Assembly (NCBI GenBank): GCA_010909165.1
Contig: VJWM01000044.1
Span: forward strand, 1,984,001-2,048,000
Length of the DNA: 64,000 nucleotides
Direction of reading: 5' to 3'
Origin: Anthoceros angustus
Lineage: Eukaryota; Plantae; Anthocerotophyta
The notes under the pieces are model-generated. The model saw nothing but the letters and a program-made list of their open reading frames with translations. It did no database searches and had not been told where the DNA came from. Positions 52,278-63,900 of this stretch are shown piece after piece. The position numbers and the translations under genes are program-made. Every line of letters begins with the position of its first letter. The first letter of the stretch is position 1.

Positions 52278-53076
52278 CAAGGGAACCTTATGTTTATCCC
52301 TAATTTCTCTTCATGGCATAGGGTTTGAAAGTCGGACACCAGAGGTGTCGGGCATAAGTTTCATGTTCTTGTCATACATTGTTTTTAAGACATGCAGGAC
52401 CACCATGCCGTCGATGAGTACATCTTAAATGTCACCTTGTACCGTCTACCATGTTTTGGCATGCGAATACACCGCGCAATACATTTCATGATTACACAAT
52501 TGCACTAGTCATAACATTTGCCGTTATATAAAGAATCGTGACGGCGACATGGATCGCTTGTGCTCCACTTTCCACCCTCTAGACGCCATATGCTCCCATC
52601 GTGTTCGCTTCCGCCATCGATAACATGCATACATATCCGCTTCATGCGCCGTCAGAGCTCTCAAAAAGACGCCGATGCCGCGCCATGCCACACCCAACAA
52701 TCGCCAGATACATTTTCTACCGATATGACAACCTCTACAAAACCCATACCATAGTTGTCTCCATGTGTCTCCATGTGATTTTAAATGCGTGATTTCGTTT
52801 GGCCACAATGATTGCAACACAAGCCACCGAAACTCGAACGACGCCTTTTTTCCCCGCAATGAGGGGAGAGAACATGGGTACTTTTCTCGAAACGCATGAT
52901 AAGCCAGAGAGCACCGCTTTTCCGAATCAGATGGCACAATCCGTGTCTGACGGTGATCTTCACCCTTATTTTCTCGCCGTCACGCCTAATCCCAAACATG
53001 CCGCTTTGATAACCATCTTAAACCCCGGATCCACGATATAGACCGCACCGCTTCATGTATATTCACCGCTCAAATA

Positions 53077-53631
53077 TTATGAGGTTAGACCCATGATGCT
53101 CATATTACAACTTCTCGACTTAAAGAGGAATGCATTTACGGCGAGCCAACCGCTCCTCGAGGTCACAATGTCTTGTTCTTGCTTCGCCATTGTCATAAGA
53201 TCAGAAACCCGCAATCTCTCAAGTCGATCCTGTCTTGACTGTAGGTTATCAGCACACGTGGTGTACTCCAGCAAAGTGCTCCGCACATTCAAGATGGAAT
53301 TGAGAATAACATCATGTTCAGTAAACCTTTCTTGGTAACGCTTCAGATTACTGGATTGTGCAGAGTTTGATGGAATTGGATTTGTATGCTAATTCCTGCA
53401 GACAGACCTCCTCCTTTGGGGTTGATCAAATTCTGATTCAGAATCCCGGCCTTCCTCTGCAGGGAATTGAGAATTGATAAGGACGTAGAGGAAACGTGAT
53501 CTTTCAATCCTTTCTGCAGCGGAAGCTCCTTTCTTGAAGTATTTTCTCTCAAATGCAGTCTGAGACGACTGTCTGAATTTTTCCGTATCAGACTCAGGCC
53601 AGGATTGCCTAAGATGATTTCTGCGAGGCAT
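53077..53631 (-). pseudogene. Short interrupted ORF just downstream of the PBS (gag position), coiled-coil-like
   Basis: ATG 53631 lies about 90 bp after the PBS: MPRRNHLRQ...*...LKRYQERFTEHDVILNSILNVRSTLLEYTTCADNLQSRQDRLERL. No CCHC knuckle seen; the gag identity rests on position only. Confidence 0.35.
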
Positions 53632-53722
53632 CCTTCCTATACGCAGCTAGGGTTTCAGCTATCTTATGCATGTGACAATGGCTAGGGATAAACTAATGCA
53701 AGCAAGGCACAGGCCGCACATG

Positions 53723-53734
53723 GCTCTGATACCA
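53723..53734 (-). promoter_or_regulatory. Primer binding site complementary to initiator tRNA-Met
   Basis: TGGTATCAGAGC on the minus strand, directly after the 5' LTR. Confidence 0.93.
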
Positions 53735-53938
53735 TGTAGCGTTTTGGGAATATCAGATCAACAGATCGCGTACTCAGCAGAACTTGCAACGTGAGAGTGT
53801 ATGTTGATTAAGGAGAGAACACATATATGAAGTCCAAGTCTCATAAAACGGTTACAACAGAAAACTACCTAAAGGGTGGCCTAATGACAAACCCGATGTA
53901 TATTACAATGAACTAATAAACAACTATTATTTCTAACA
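53735..53938 (-). repeat. 5' LTR (204 bp)
   Basis: 199/204 identical to 39539-39742; followed by the PBS on the minus strand; flanked by TSD AGATA. Confidence 0.95.
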
Positions 53939-54609
53939 AGATATATAGGTGCAAACCAATAACAATAGGAGCGAGTAGCTCGCACATTGTGACACAAACA
54001 CACTCCCCACGAGAACAACACGCAAATTACTCACACATTGCTCTCGGAGTCATAGCTTTGGCCCCCTCACAACATCTTTGCATTGCATATCTAGAGGACA
54101 AGCTATGATCTTAGCTTGTCCTATGTAAAAGAGTCTATATATACTAGCTCTTGGCATCGGCACATTCCTAAGATATCCTATTGGCATCGGCATATGCCGG
54201 AAATATTTTAAGAATACACTATAATATGCAAGGAATATGCCAAAGCATATTACTTGAGCTTATCCACTTAGCTATTACTAACAATGTTTAATTAACACTA
54301 ATCAATGCTTAATTAACATAAGCACCTTAGATTAATTAACACTAATTACTTACTTAAAGATAAGTAATGAGATTAATTAATGCTAATCAAACACTAAACC
54401 CAAGTGCAGAGATTAGTGTCACACAGCATGACAAAACTGCAGAGTGAGGAGGATCCCAGACGAGGACTAGACATGCACTTGGAGAGCTTGACCTTTAAGC
54501 CCACCAAAGAAAGCTCATTAGAGAAAAGCTCGAAGGCCTCCTTGACCTTGTCTCAAGGCCTGAGGATGTGAGAGTCGTTTGCCAGTGACGGTCTGATAAT
54601 TGAGAGAGT

Positions 54610-54962
54610 ATGCATATTGTTTTTCGAATGTTAGAAGTGTATAATCTAACAGGCCTTCATAAAAATAATTTATCATATTTTAGATCAGGTAAATTTATAA
54701 AGATTATATTTATAATTCATATTTATTGAAATTAAATTTATTTATATACAAATTAATTAGTGCAACATAAATCCCACTCCTATCCGCACCCTTTGAAGAA
54801 TGACAATCTAAACGAGGGTCCATTGAAACTACACAATGGGGATAGCTGTTATCCATTCCCGCCTACTACCTATAAAAATGTACCTAAATCTGCGGTCAAG
54901 TTCACTATGAAAACCCCGGTCCTAGGTCACAAGAACACAACCGTTCTAGCAACCTCTATGTG
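54610..54962. repeat. Dispersed repeat block, copy 2 (single ~133-bp unit)
   Basis: Homologous to 36235-36992, including TCTAACAGGCCTTCAT, TTTTAGATCAGGTAAATTTATAAAG, CTACCTATAAAAATGTACCTAAAT and the common end GCAACCTCTATGTG. Confidence 0.88.
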
Positions 54963-55038
54963 ACCACCGGTTAAGGTAAGGCGCACAATCCCAATTGCAC
55001 CTAACTTCCCAGAACTCTTCCGGAAAGATGTTCCAGCT

Positions 55039-56745
55039 TTAATTGTAGATATAAACAGCTCCAGCCCAGTTGCAAGCAGCTACCACAGAAGGCATGAACG
55101 GGTGATACACAGCGTCTGTACAAACGGACTGGACAGACTCTGGAGTTGATAGCTTCCTCAACATTTTAGATGTCCGCCAGCTGTAGAAGCATGTAGCCCC
55201 ATCCGAGGAGCCTGTCACGACGTACTCTCCATCCGGACTGAAGTTGCAACGAATAGGGAAACCGGCAACCTGGTGTCCTTCAAATCGTGTGTACTTGTTC
55301 ATTTTGAAGGGGGGACGTGCTGAGAAGATTGCTATGTAATTTCCATGTGATTGTGCTATAAAGCTGTCTTCATGTGGATGATAGCGAACTGCTGGACACG
55401 TATAAGCCTCGAGGTAAACCTATATCAACAATGCAAAAGCGCAAAATAGCAGTGTCAGTGTCGAAACAAACATCAATCTCTCTGCAAGTCAGTTTTCCAT
55501 TCTAGAAGAGTGAGTACTGAATCATCCAATAAGAGAGGGTTCACACCGAAGCCCATTACTTGATTTGACAAAGGGACTTGTGTTTCAAGACTCCACACAA
55601 TCAGTCCTTTCTCGCCAGAATTTTGCTGAGCTAGATCTGAGCTGGAAACAAACTGCCTGCCATCCTGGTTGAAGTCGAGATCTAGGATCTGTCCCAGGCC
55701 CCTGGATAACTGCATCACTGTCGAACCTGATCTCAGGTCCCAGAGCCTAAGCAAACCCTGCGATCCTCCTGTGAGGAAAGTGTCATGCTGCAACGGGTGG
55801 AACTTTGCCACGGTCACAAACTGATCTTCTGCGAACATTTGCTTCTGTGCGCCTGTCTCTACATCTGTCAACCGGGTGGTCTTGTCGAATCCACAAGAAA
55901 GCACAGAATCTCCATGACTGGACCACTGCACATCCTTTACAGATGCTGTGTGCGCACTAATTCTTCGGACACATTGCTGCCCTGCCCCCTTCCAGACATT
56001 CCAGATTTTTGCCACCTCATCTACCCCAGCAGTGGCCAGCAGACAACCTGCAGAGCTGCCCATCAGTGCATAGCATGGCACGGCCGCTGCAGAAGTCTCA
56101 CACACAAAATCCTGTAACTTAATCTGAGCCCAATGATGAAGCCCCTTAGGAATTACCATGGGTGGGCGACCACCGAACTGCATTAACACCCTTCTTATGC
56201 CCGTCAAGTTGAGCGAACAGACCCTTTGGCAGATAGTTCTCCAACGAAGCCCCTTCTTCTAGATACTGGAGCCTCCGCTGCATATGCTTAGGCAGCCGGG
56301 AGCTGAGGACCTGCCTGGACTCTGCAAAACAAGAGGCATCCAGGGTTGGCCACTCCGCGCATTCCCCACCAGCACAAGCAGTTGCCGTCAAGAGCAACAA
56401 GGCAGCAATGAATCAAGGGTACAAGGGAAAGACAGAGGAACCAGGTAATGGCAAGACCGGAGAAGTAGATTGAACAGCAGGGCCATCAGAGGCCGCGGCT
56501 GCGGCTGCGGCTGCTGCCAGGGCCCTCTCCCGCTTGGAAACATAGCGGCCCGGATGAGGCCGCAAAGGCTGCCGCGCCGATCCTCCACCGGCGGCATGCT
56601 GGGTAGTGTGAAAGGGCGGGCAGTGGCCCAGCCCACCAGGCAAAGGCCCAATCAGCTTAGCCCGCTTGCCAGGCCTGTCGCCCCCCTCGCCCTCACTGTC
56701 GCTCTCATTGTCCGAGGCCTCATACGCAGACAACAGCGCATCCAT
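55039..56745 (-). CDS. WD40-repeat protein, WDR25-like, multi-exon
   Basis: MDALLSAYEASDNESD, PGRYVSKRERA, LDGHKKGVNAVRWSPTHG, LLATAGVDEVAKIWNVW, VKDVQWS..GDSVLSCGFDK, VAKFHP, LRLWDLRSG, ILDLDF, FEGHQVAGFPIRCNFSPDG and DAVYHPFMPSVVAACNWAG; stop TAA at 55039-41. Confidence 0.92.
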
Positions 56746-57334
56746 GGCATCCAAACCTCATCCGCTCCGCCAGCAATTCACGTATCCTGAGCGAGCACCA
56801 GCTTAGGCAAGCACAGGCGTCGGGGCCGAGCAAGCAGCAGGAGCAACAGCAGCTGACACGAGTTCGGCGGGATCGCGATCTCTACTCCACCTCCCCCGCG
56901 ATGCTCGCCCTGACCCGTAGGGTTGGAACTGGAGGTTCCACAGCAAACGCGCACCTGCTGTCGACAAAAGCTGAAAGAGAGAAAGCAAGGGGCAAGACAA
57001 TTGACTTGAGACAGAAGAGGCAAGAGCGCCGAAACAGCAAACTGACACCAAAGCATGTCTTCTACCATCTCGTTAGATATCCGCTACGTAATTACGTAAC
57101 TACACTACGTTACAGGGCCTTTCCTTTCCTTTCCTTAACACAACCACAAAGTGGTCTCTCATAAACACCAGCTCCCTAAGCTCTACTACCAAAATGTGGA
57201 GAGTGTCAGACAAGAATGTACAGTTGCCTTGGCCATGCCGGACAACGTGAGGAGCAAGCTATAGGGGTATAAAAAACTCTCACTCCAGTCCCTCCATGTT
57301 GCTGAGATGTAAGGTGCCTAACTGGATAGCATAT

Positions 57335-58465
57335 TCACAAGAGAGTGAGAGAACTGGAAGTCAAGCTGTCCAGAACATTGATCCGACTCGTAACCAAGGC
57401 CTTGAACAAATCGTTGATCTGGTGCTCCAAGGGCGCCGATCCTATCTTCAATTCCGTGGCTGATGTGCGCAAAATCTCCACCAGCTTCCCGAGATCGTTC
57501 ACCTGCTCCTGCGTAAGAGGGAACGGCGCTCTGCTGGTGAGCAAAGAATCCAAGAAGAGAAACGCCTTCCTGACCGCAGTATCCACGGCGTCCAGTTCCT
57601 GAAGCAGGGTAACAGGCGACCTGGCCCTGCGGCTGTCCGTCTCCTCCTTCACCTTATGCTGCAGAGTGACAAAGGCATGGGACCAGAGGTGGCCATGGCC
57701 GACGCTGAAGTGCGGCGGGGGTTTCCGCGGCCGGAAGGAGATGGCGGCCACGATCAAGGCGCACACGAAAATTGTGATCACCTTGGCGCCGTAGGCGGCG
57801 AGTAGGAATTCCTGGCCCTCCCGGACAGTCCCCTGGTGCGGCCTGGACGCGGCCAGCTTCTCCCCCATGGTCCGGAGGATGGAGCCGTAGCTCTCCAGCC
57901 GGGACTTGTGGTTCTGGTGCGAGAGAGAGTGCGAGAGGGATCCGTGCAGCGGGAGGCCGGGCCCGGGAGGAGCCTCGTCCCGCCGCACCACCGCCTCCTT
58001 GCAATCCACCAGCGTGCTCCTTGCGCGAAGGTACTGCACCTCCGTCCCGCGCTCCTGCGTGCCGGGCCCGAGCGCATGCAATGCCAGATGCACCAGGCGG
58101 AGGTAATTGTCCAGTTCCGCCAGCCCCTCCCGCAGCACATTGCAACAGTCCAGGAGCTTGGCGCTGTCGTCCATGTAGTCGTCCAGCCACTTGTGGTCGA
58201 TGGCTCTGGCGGCCCGCAGATGCGGCAGCGCCTCCGCCTCCGCGTGCGTGTCCAGCGCGCACGCCAGCGCCTGCTGCAGCCACGGCAGGCTGAAGTAGGC
58301 CGCGTCCGCCGCCATCTTGAGCGCCTCCAGCCGGGCCGCCAGCCCCTGCTCGAAGGCGTCCAGCGGCGCCGGCCTCTGCTTCAGCGACCCGCCACTCCCT
58401 CCCCCCCGCACCGGCAAATGCAACGCCGCTCCCAGGGACGCCAGCAGCGAGCTGTGCTGCGTCAT
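57335..58465 (-). CDS. BPS1: BYPASS1-like / DUF793 family protein, single exon
   Basis: LDAFEQGLAARLEAL, FSLPWLQQAL...THAE, KWLDDYMDDSAKLLDCCN and C-terminal LEHQINDLFKALVTSRINVLD. The TH and KWxDxYxDxSxKLLD motifs favour the BPS1 over the ROH1 subgroup. Confidence 0.85.
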   Translation of the reverse strand: MTQHSSLLASLGAALHLPVRGGGSGGSLKQRPAPLDAFEQGLAARLEALKMAADAAYFSLPWLQQALACALDTHAEAEALPHLRAARAIDHKWLDDYMDDSAKLLDCCNVLREGLAELDNYLRLVHLALHALGPGTQERGTEVQYLRARSTLVDCKEAVVRRDEAPPGPGLPLHGSLSHSLSHQNHKSRLESYGSILRTMGEKLAASRPHQGTVREGQEFLLAAYGAKVITIFVCALIVAAISFRPRKPPPHFSVGHGHLWSHAFVTLQHKVKEETDSRRARSPVTLLQELDAVDTAVRKAFLFLDSLLTSRAPFPLTQEQVNDLGKLVEILRTSATELKIGSAPLEHQINDLFKALVTSRINVLDSLTSSSLTLL

Positions 58466-59287
58466 CTTCCCTTCCTCCTCCTCCAAACCTCCTTCCGTCC
58501 TTCCCTCAATCCCTCAATTTGCACTCCGCCTCTCCGCCGCACAGCAAAGCCTGCAAGCTCAGCACCACCTCGCCCCGCCTCCGCTCACTGCAGCACCAAC
58601 CCTCCCCATCCTCGGCCACAGCACACACTGCTCCGCCATAGCCAGAATTGACCACCTCCTTGCTCCTTGCTTCTCCTCGATCCTTGCTCCTTCTCCGCCA
58701 GCTCGAGCTTCCGCGCGAGACCGTGCAGTAATTCGGCCGGCCGCGGAGAGAGAGAAGCGCGGCGGGCGGGCGGACGGGCACGCGAGTTGGAGGGGAAGGC
58801 ACAGAGAAAGGCGTGCTGCCTTCTTCGTCTGGCTGGCAGGGGCAAGGGCGCCAGGGGAGATTCCGGCACCCAGCCACCCCGTGCGTAAGAAAACCCAGCT
58901 GCCGGGGGCGGCCCAGCTGTCATCTCGTGTGAACGGAGCGGGATATTTCACTTCGTCCCGAGACCTAAACATGTCACAAACACCCAGACACGCCAAGGAG
59001 TCCAACAATAATGTGTGAAAATGTTTTCGGGGTAGGGACAAAGGTGCATGCGTATCTGGAGAGCGATTCGGTCTTTTCGGATGCCAGAAAATGCGTTAAA
59101 CTACAATTCTATTGCACTGTTAAAATGCGACCGATGACGAAGACGGGACAAGGCGTGCTCCGCCCTCCTTCGCACTTATCATCATCATGCCATGCAGCTG
59201 TCGGAAAATGAAATTTCAATACATAGGAAGTACATACCACTCGGACCACTCCCCTATCACGACGCCCGCGCAGGCGGGTGGGTGGGC

Positions 59288-59325
<38 letters not shown>

Positions 59326-59400
59326 CCTGTTCCTGTTCCTGTTAAGCTAGCTAGCTCCGCATCTCATCTCATCTCATCTCAATCTCATATCATATCATCT
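59288..59400. repeat. Compound simple repeats (GCTGTT)n(CCTGTT)n and (ATCTC)n
   Basis: Directly visible. Confidence 0.9.
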
Positions 59401-60929
59401 CAGGACAGGACGCTTCTAGAACGTGCGCTGTCTGGGATGACAGCGCACTCATGGGCATATAACAACTTTTGCATGATGCCCACATCAAATAGGTTGGTGG
59501 ATACGATAGTCTGCGTACCGTATTCATACCGCATCGTTCTCCTTCACGAGGCGGCAAGCGACCCGCGAGACCAATTCAAGGAATCAGAGGTCGATTCGGA
59601 CCGCGGTGACCTCGCGCTCTCTCTCTCTTTTTGGTCAATGGTCACGGATACATACGTGTACCGGACGCTTTTTAATTATACGCTCACACGTCACACCGCT
59701 GCCTGCCATCCCACCCTTTCCCGAAGCTTTTCCCACAGAAGCACAGTCTCCACGCTACACACAAACGGACAAATCGAGGCAGAACAGATTACCGCCACAA
59801 ACAAATGACAAAGTCCACAAATATGTACTTTGTATGGAATACCGACCTGGTCACGCGGCATCCACATTTTTTTAGGGTTATGGACAGAAAGAAATAGTCC
59901 CGCTATGCGGCGGAACTATTTCGGTATGTCATGCATGACCACATCGATTGTGGCTACGGCCCCCGGTGTCCCGATGTGGTCAACTTACCACATGATACAC
60001 AAAATGATTCCACGACACACAAAAACTTTTCTTCTTTTGGGGTTAGGGTTGCGTTGCGGTCATTTGCGTCGCCGCGCCATTGCGACGCAACATACCATGT
60101 CCAGCAACATCCCAAGGTGTAAGGTTGCCGGTTGTGTTAGGCGCATACGGTGTGTGCAATGGCGTTTGCACTACAATCATCGTCTCTGTTTGCAGCGCAG
60201 CTTAGTGCGTTTGCCCTTGCGTGCAAAACTGCAATGTTTGGCACTGGCTGCATCCAGGGCTGCAACGTTTCCTGCACCTGCTGCCTACGGTGGTGCAGTT
60301 TCACATGGCACCAACTTCCCCAAAACAAGCTTGTACTAGAAGGACCAACAAAGGCGGGCTTCCATGAAAACAACGCGCATACAATTCTTGCACCCAAAAG
60401 CTGCAGGCTGGCGTCTGATTCAAAGGGCCTCTTGGACTACGTAACGCAGCAAAGTGATCACATCACGCCTGGCGTGGCTGACATCGTCCGCTGCTTTGGA
60501 GGTACTCGGGCGGTTACCTCTCTCTGCTCTCCTGCCACACAATGTTGGTGCAGTGCGGGCGGTACGCCTCGGGAGGAAGTCCATGCCCTCTGTGGCGCGC
60601 CTTTGATGATGGTGTGAGCGCGCACAATCCCGTGTCGTTGTACTAAGGGTCCGTTCCCAAGAGAATGATAGGCTCCGTTTGCCACGTTTCAATCGTTTCT
60701 CACCTCACTTAATCAGTTAGGTCTCAACATTCACGTTTGTTACGTTTCACCTCTTTACCCATAGCGTTCGCAGCCCGAGGCCGGTGCGGCCAAGCGTTAA
60801 GGACCCGTTGGCGTCCGTGTCGTTCAAGTTCGCCACTCGTCCCTCTAGTCCATTCCTCTCACCACTCTCACTACACTCATCGTCCTTGGGAAAACGCGGG
60901 TGGCTACGCGGTCCGGACCTCCTCCGTCG

Positions 60930-63900
60930 CTCTGCCGGGCCTCTCCGTCCGGCTCAGACGCCTCTGAGTTCCTCCGGCTCACGCTCCGGCCCCGACTGGG
61001 CCGCCTCGACGCAGCAAGGGTCCCTAGTCGCTCTTCCCTGCACACACCACCACACGTTAGGGTCCGTCACCAGGACCTTGATCGCCTCCGGTGTCGGCAC
61101 CGCCGATGACTCAGACTCAACAAGAAGGCAGGGCACTGCAAGAAGACGCAGCATCAACACCAAGAGAAAGATACTTTACTTAGAGCGACCTCGGCCCTCT
61201 TATACTACTCAAGGTCGCCATTATTACACCTATTCGGTGATGGCCAGTGCCCTAGTCGGCCGCCTACTATTTCCCCTTATTCCCCTATCTACGTCGGTGG
61301 TGGGGTGGGTTGCCACGATTCCGCCTCGGCACTGTGGCCCAATTCCCGACGGCGGCGCACGCAATCGGATGATCCGCGAGGCGGACCCTTCCTTCCGGAA
61401 TCCTCGTCGTTTACACGGGCGGTCGACGACCGCGGTCACCACGACGCCTTCCTCCCTCGCCCCGAGTGGGTCCCTCTCGGTAGGGCCACCGACCGTTGCT
61501 CCCCCTGTAAGCCTGGAGGGCTCCCCTCGCCTCCCGAGTCCGGACCTCGGGGTCCGCTACGGAGTCGGACCTCGAGGTCGGTCTCGACTGAGTCCGGACC
61601 TCGGGGTCAGTCTCGACTGAGTCCGGACCTCGAGGTCCGGTCTCGACTGAGTCCGGACCTCGAGTCCGGACCTCGGTCCGGTCTCGACTCCGAGTCCGGA
61701 CCTCGGGGTCCGGTCGACTCGAGTCCGGACCTCGGGGTCGGTCTCGACTCGAGTCCGGACCTCGTGGTCCGGTCTCGACTCAGTCCGGACCTCGGGTCCG
61801 TTCCGCTCACGCCGATCTCCCTCGGATCCATCCACGCAATGCCCGCCCCGGACTCGTGGTGTCCATCCTCAGCCAAAACCCGCAACAAAATGAGCTCAAA
61901 GCAAGTAACCCAAAGCCAAAACCCCGGCGTCTAAATCACACACAAAGCTCCTGCCCCCACCTTAACAAACAAGACCAGCCAATCTCTTTCTCCAACAACC
62001 AAGACGATCGCTCCGATCCAATGGCAACAGGCAATAGCAATGGCTACGGCGATGAAAAGCCGAGCACTCCTCCTCCCCTCCAACGAGCTAGCTCAGAATG
62101 AAACAATCACTCTCCTTCTTGCGTGCAAGCAAGCAACCTCCTCCGTTCCCTCGCCTCCCCTCCTCCCGTCCACGGACTAGAGACAAACCAGAGCTCCACC
62201 GAAATAGGCTCCCAGGTGCACTCCCGAGTCCGGACCTCGAGGTCTGGTCTCGACTCGAGTCCGGACCTCGAGGTCAGTCTCGACTCGGTCCGGACCTCGA
62301 GGTCAGTCTCGACTCGGTCCGGACCTCGGGGTCGGTCTCGACTCGGTCCGGACCTCGGGGTCGGTCTCGACTCGAGTCCGGACCTCGGTCGGTCTCGACT
62401 CCGGTCCGGACCTCGAGTCCGGTCTCGACTCGAGTCCGGACCTCGGTCCGGTCTCGACTCGGTCGGACCTCGGGGTCAGTCTCCTCTCCGTCCGGCTCAG
62501 ACGCCTCTGAGTTCCGGCCACACGCTCGGCCTGGTCTGACGTGGGCCGCCTCGACGAGCAAGGGTCCCTAGTCGCTCTTCCCTGCACACACCACCACCGT
62601 TAGGGTCCGTCACCGGGACCTTGATCGCCTCCGAGTCCGGACCTCGGTCCGGTCTCGGGACTCGCGTTAACAAGAAGGCACGCAAGCTGCAAGAAGACGC
62701 AGCATCAACACCAAGAGAAAGATACTTTACTTAGAGCCATTTCTTATACTACGCCAAGGTGGCGTCATTATTACCCTATTCGGTGATGGCCAGCTGGTGC
62801 CTAATCACCGCCTACTATTTCCCTTATTCCCCTATCTACGTCGGTGGTGGGGTGGGTTGCCACGATTCCGCCTCGGCACTGTGGCCCAATTCCGCTTGAC
62901 GGCGCGCACCCAATCGGATGATCCGCGAGGCGGACCCCTTCCTTCCCTTCTCAGTTACACATGGCCCCGACGACCGCGGTCACCACGATGCCTTCCTCCC
63001 GGCCCCGAGTGGGTCCCTCTCGGTAGGGCCACCGACCTTGTTGCTCTGTAAGCCTGGAGGCTCCTCGCCTCCCGAGTCCTGACCCTGGGTCCGGTCCTCG
63101 ACTGAGTCCGGACCTCGAGGTCCGGCTCGACTGGAGTCGGACCTGGTCCGGTCTCGACTCTGAGTCGGACCTGGTCCGGACCTCGACTCGAGTCCGACTC
63201 CGAGTCCGGACCTGGGTCCGGCCTCGACTCCGAGTCCGGACCTGTGGTCCGGTCTCGACCTCGAGTCCGGACCTGGTCCGGCTCGACTCGAGTCCGGACC
63301 TCGTGGTCCGGCCTCGACTCCGAGTCCTGGACCTCGGTCCGGTTCCGCTCCACGCCGATCTCCTCGCATCCATCCACGCAATGCCCGCCTCCGCAGCCTC
63401 GTGGTGTCCATCCCAGTTACCAAACCCGCAACAAAATGAGCTCAAAGCAAGTAACCCAAAGCCAAAACCCCGCGCCTAAATCACACACACAAAGCTCCCG
63501 TCACTGCCCCCACCTTAACAAACAAGACCAAATGTAATCTTTCTCCAACAACCAAGACGATACGCTCCGATCCAATGGCAGCAAAGTGCAATAGCAATGG
63601 CCATGAAAGAAAAGCCACAGGCACTCCTCCCCTCCAACGAGCTAGCTCTAATGAAACAATCACTCTCCTTCTTGCGTAAGCAAGCAACCTCCCTGCTCGC
63701 CTCCCCTCCTCCTCCCGTCCACGGACTAGAGACAAACCAGAGCTTACTCGAAATAGGCTCCCAGGTGCACTCCGAGTCCGGACCTGGGGTCGGTCTCGAC
63801 TCCGAGTCGGACCTCGTGGTCCGGCCTCGACTCCGAGTCCTGACCTGGTCCGGCTCGACCGAGTCCGGACCTCGTGGTCGGTCTCGACTCCGGTCCGGAC

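Larger units (their letters stand above)
39539..53938 (-). mobile_element. 14.4-kb LTR retroelement with intact termini but no recognisable pol (non-autonomous, cargo-bearing or host of nested insertions)
   Basis: Two 204-bp direct repeats, TG...CA, with 5 mismatches. Identical 5-bp TSD AGATA (39534-38 and 53939-43); PBS and PPT correctly placed for the minus strand. Confidence 0.95.

Noticed and set aside
41000-53060. Candidate TIR pair for the internal DNA transposon (e.g. ~41285 versus ~52990)
   Set aside because: The similarity is short and gapped and there is no TSD; not reliable by eye.
60036-60050. Telomere-like GGGGTTAGGGTT
   Set aside because: Single motif, expected by chance.
59600-60700. 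ORFs 59830-60339 and 60150-60617
   Set aside because: No recognisable domain or splice-consistent model.
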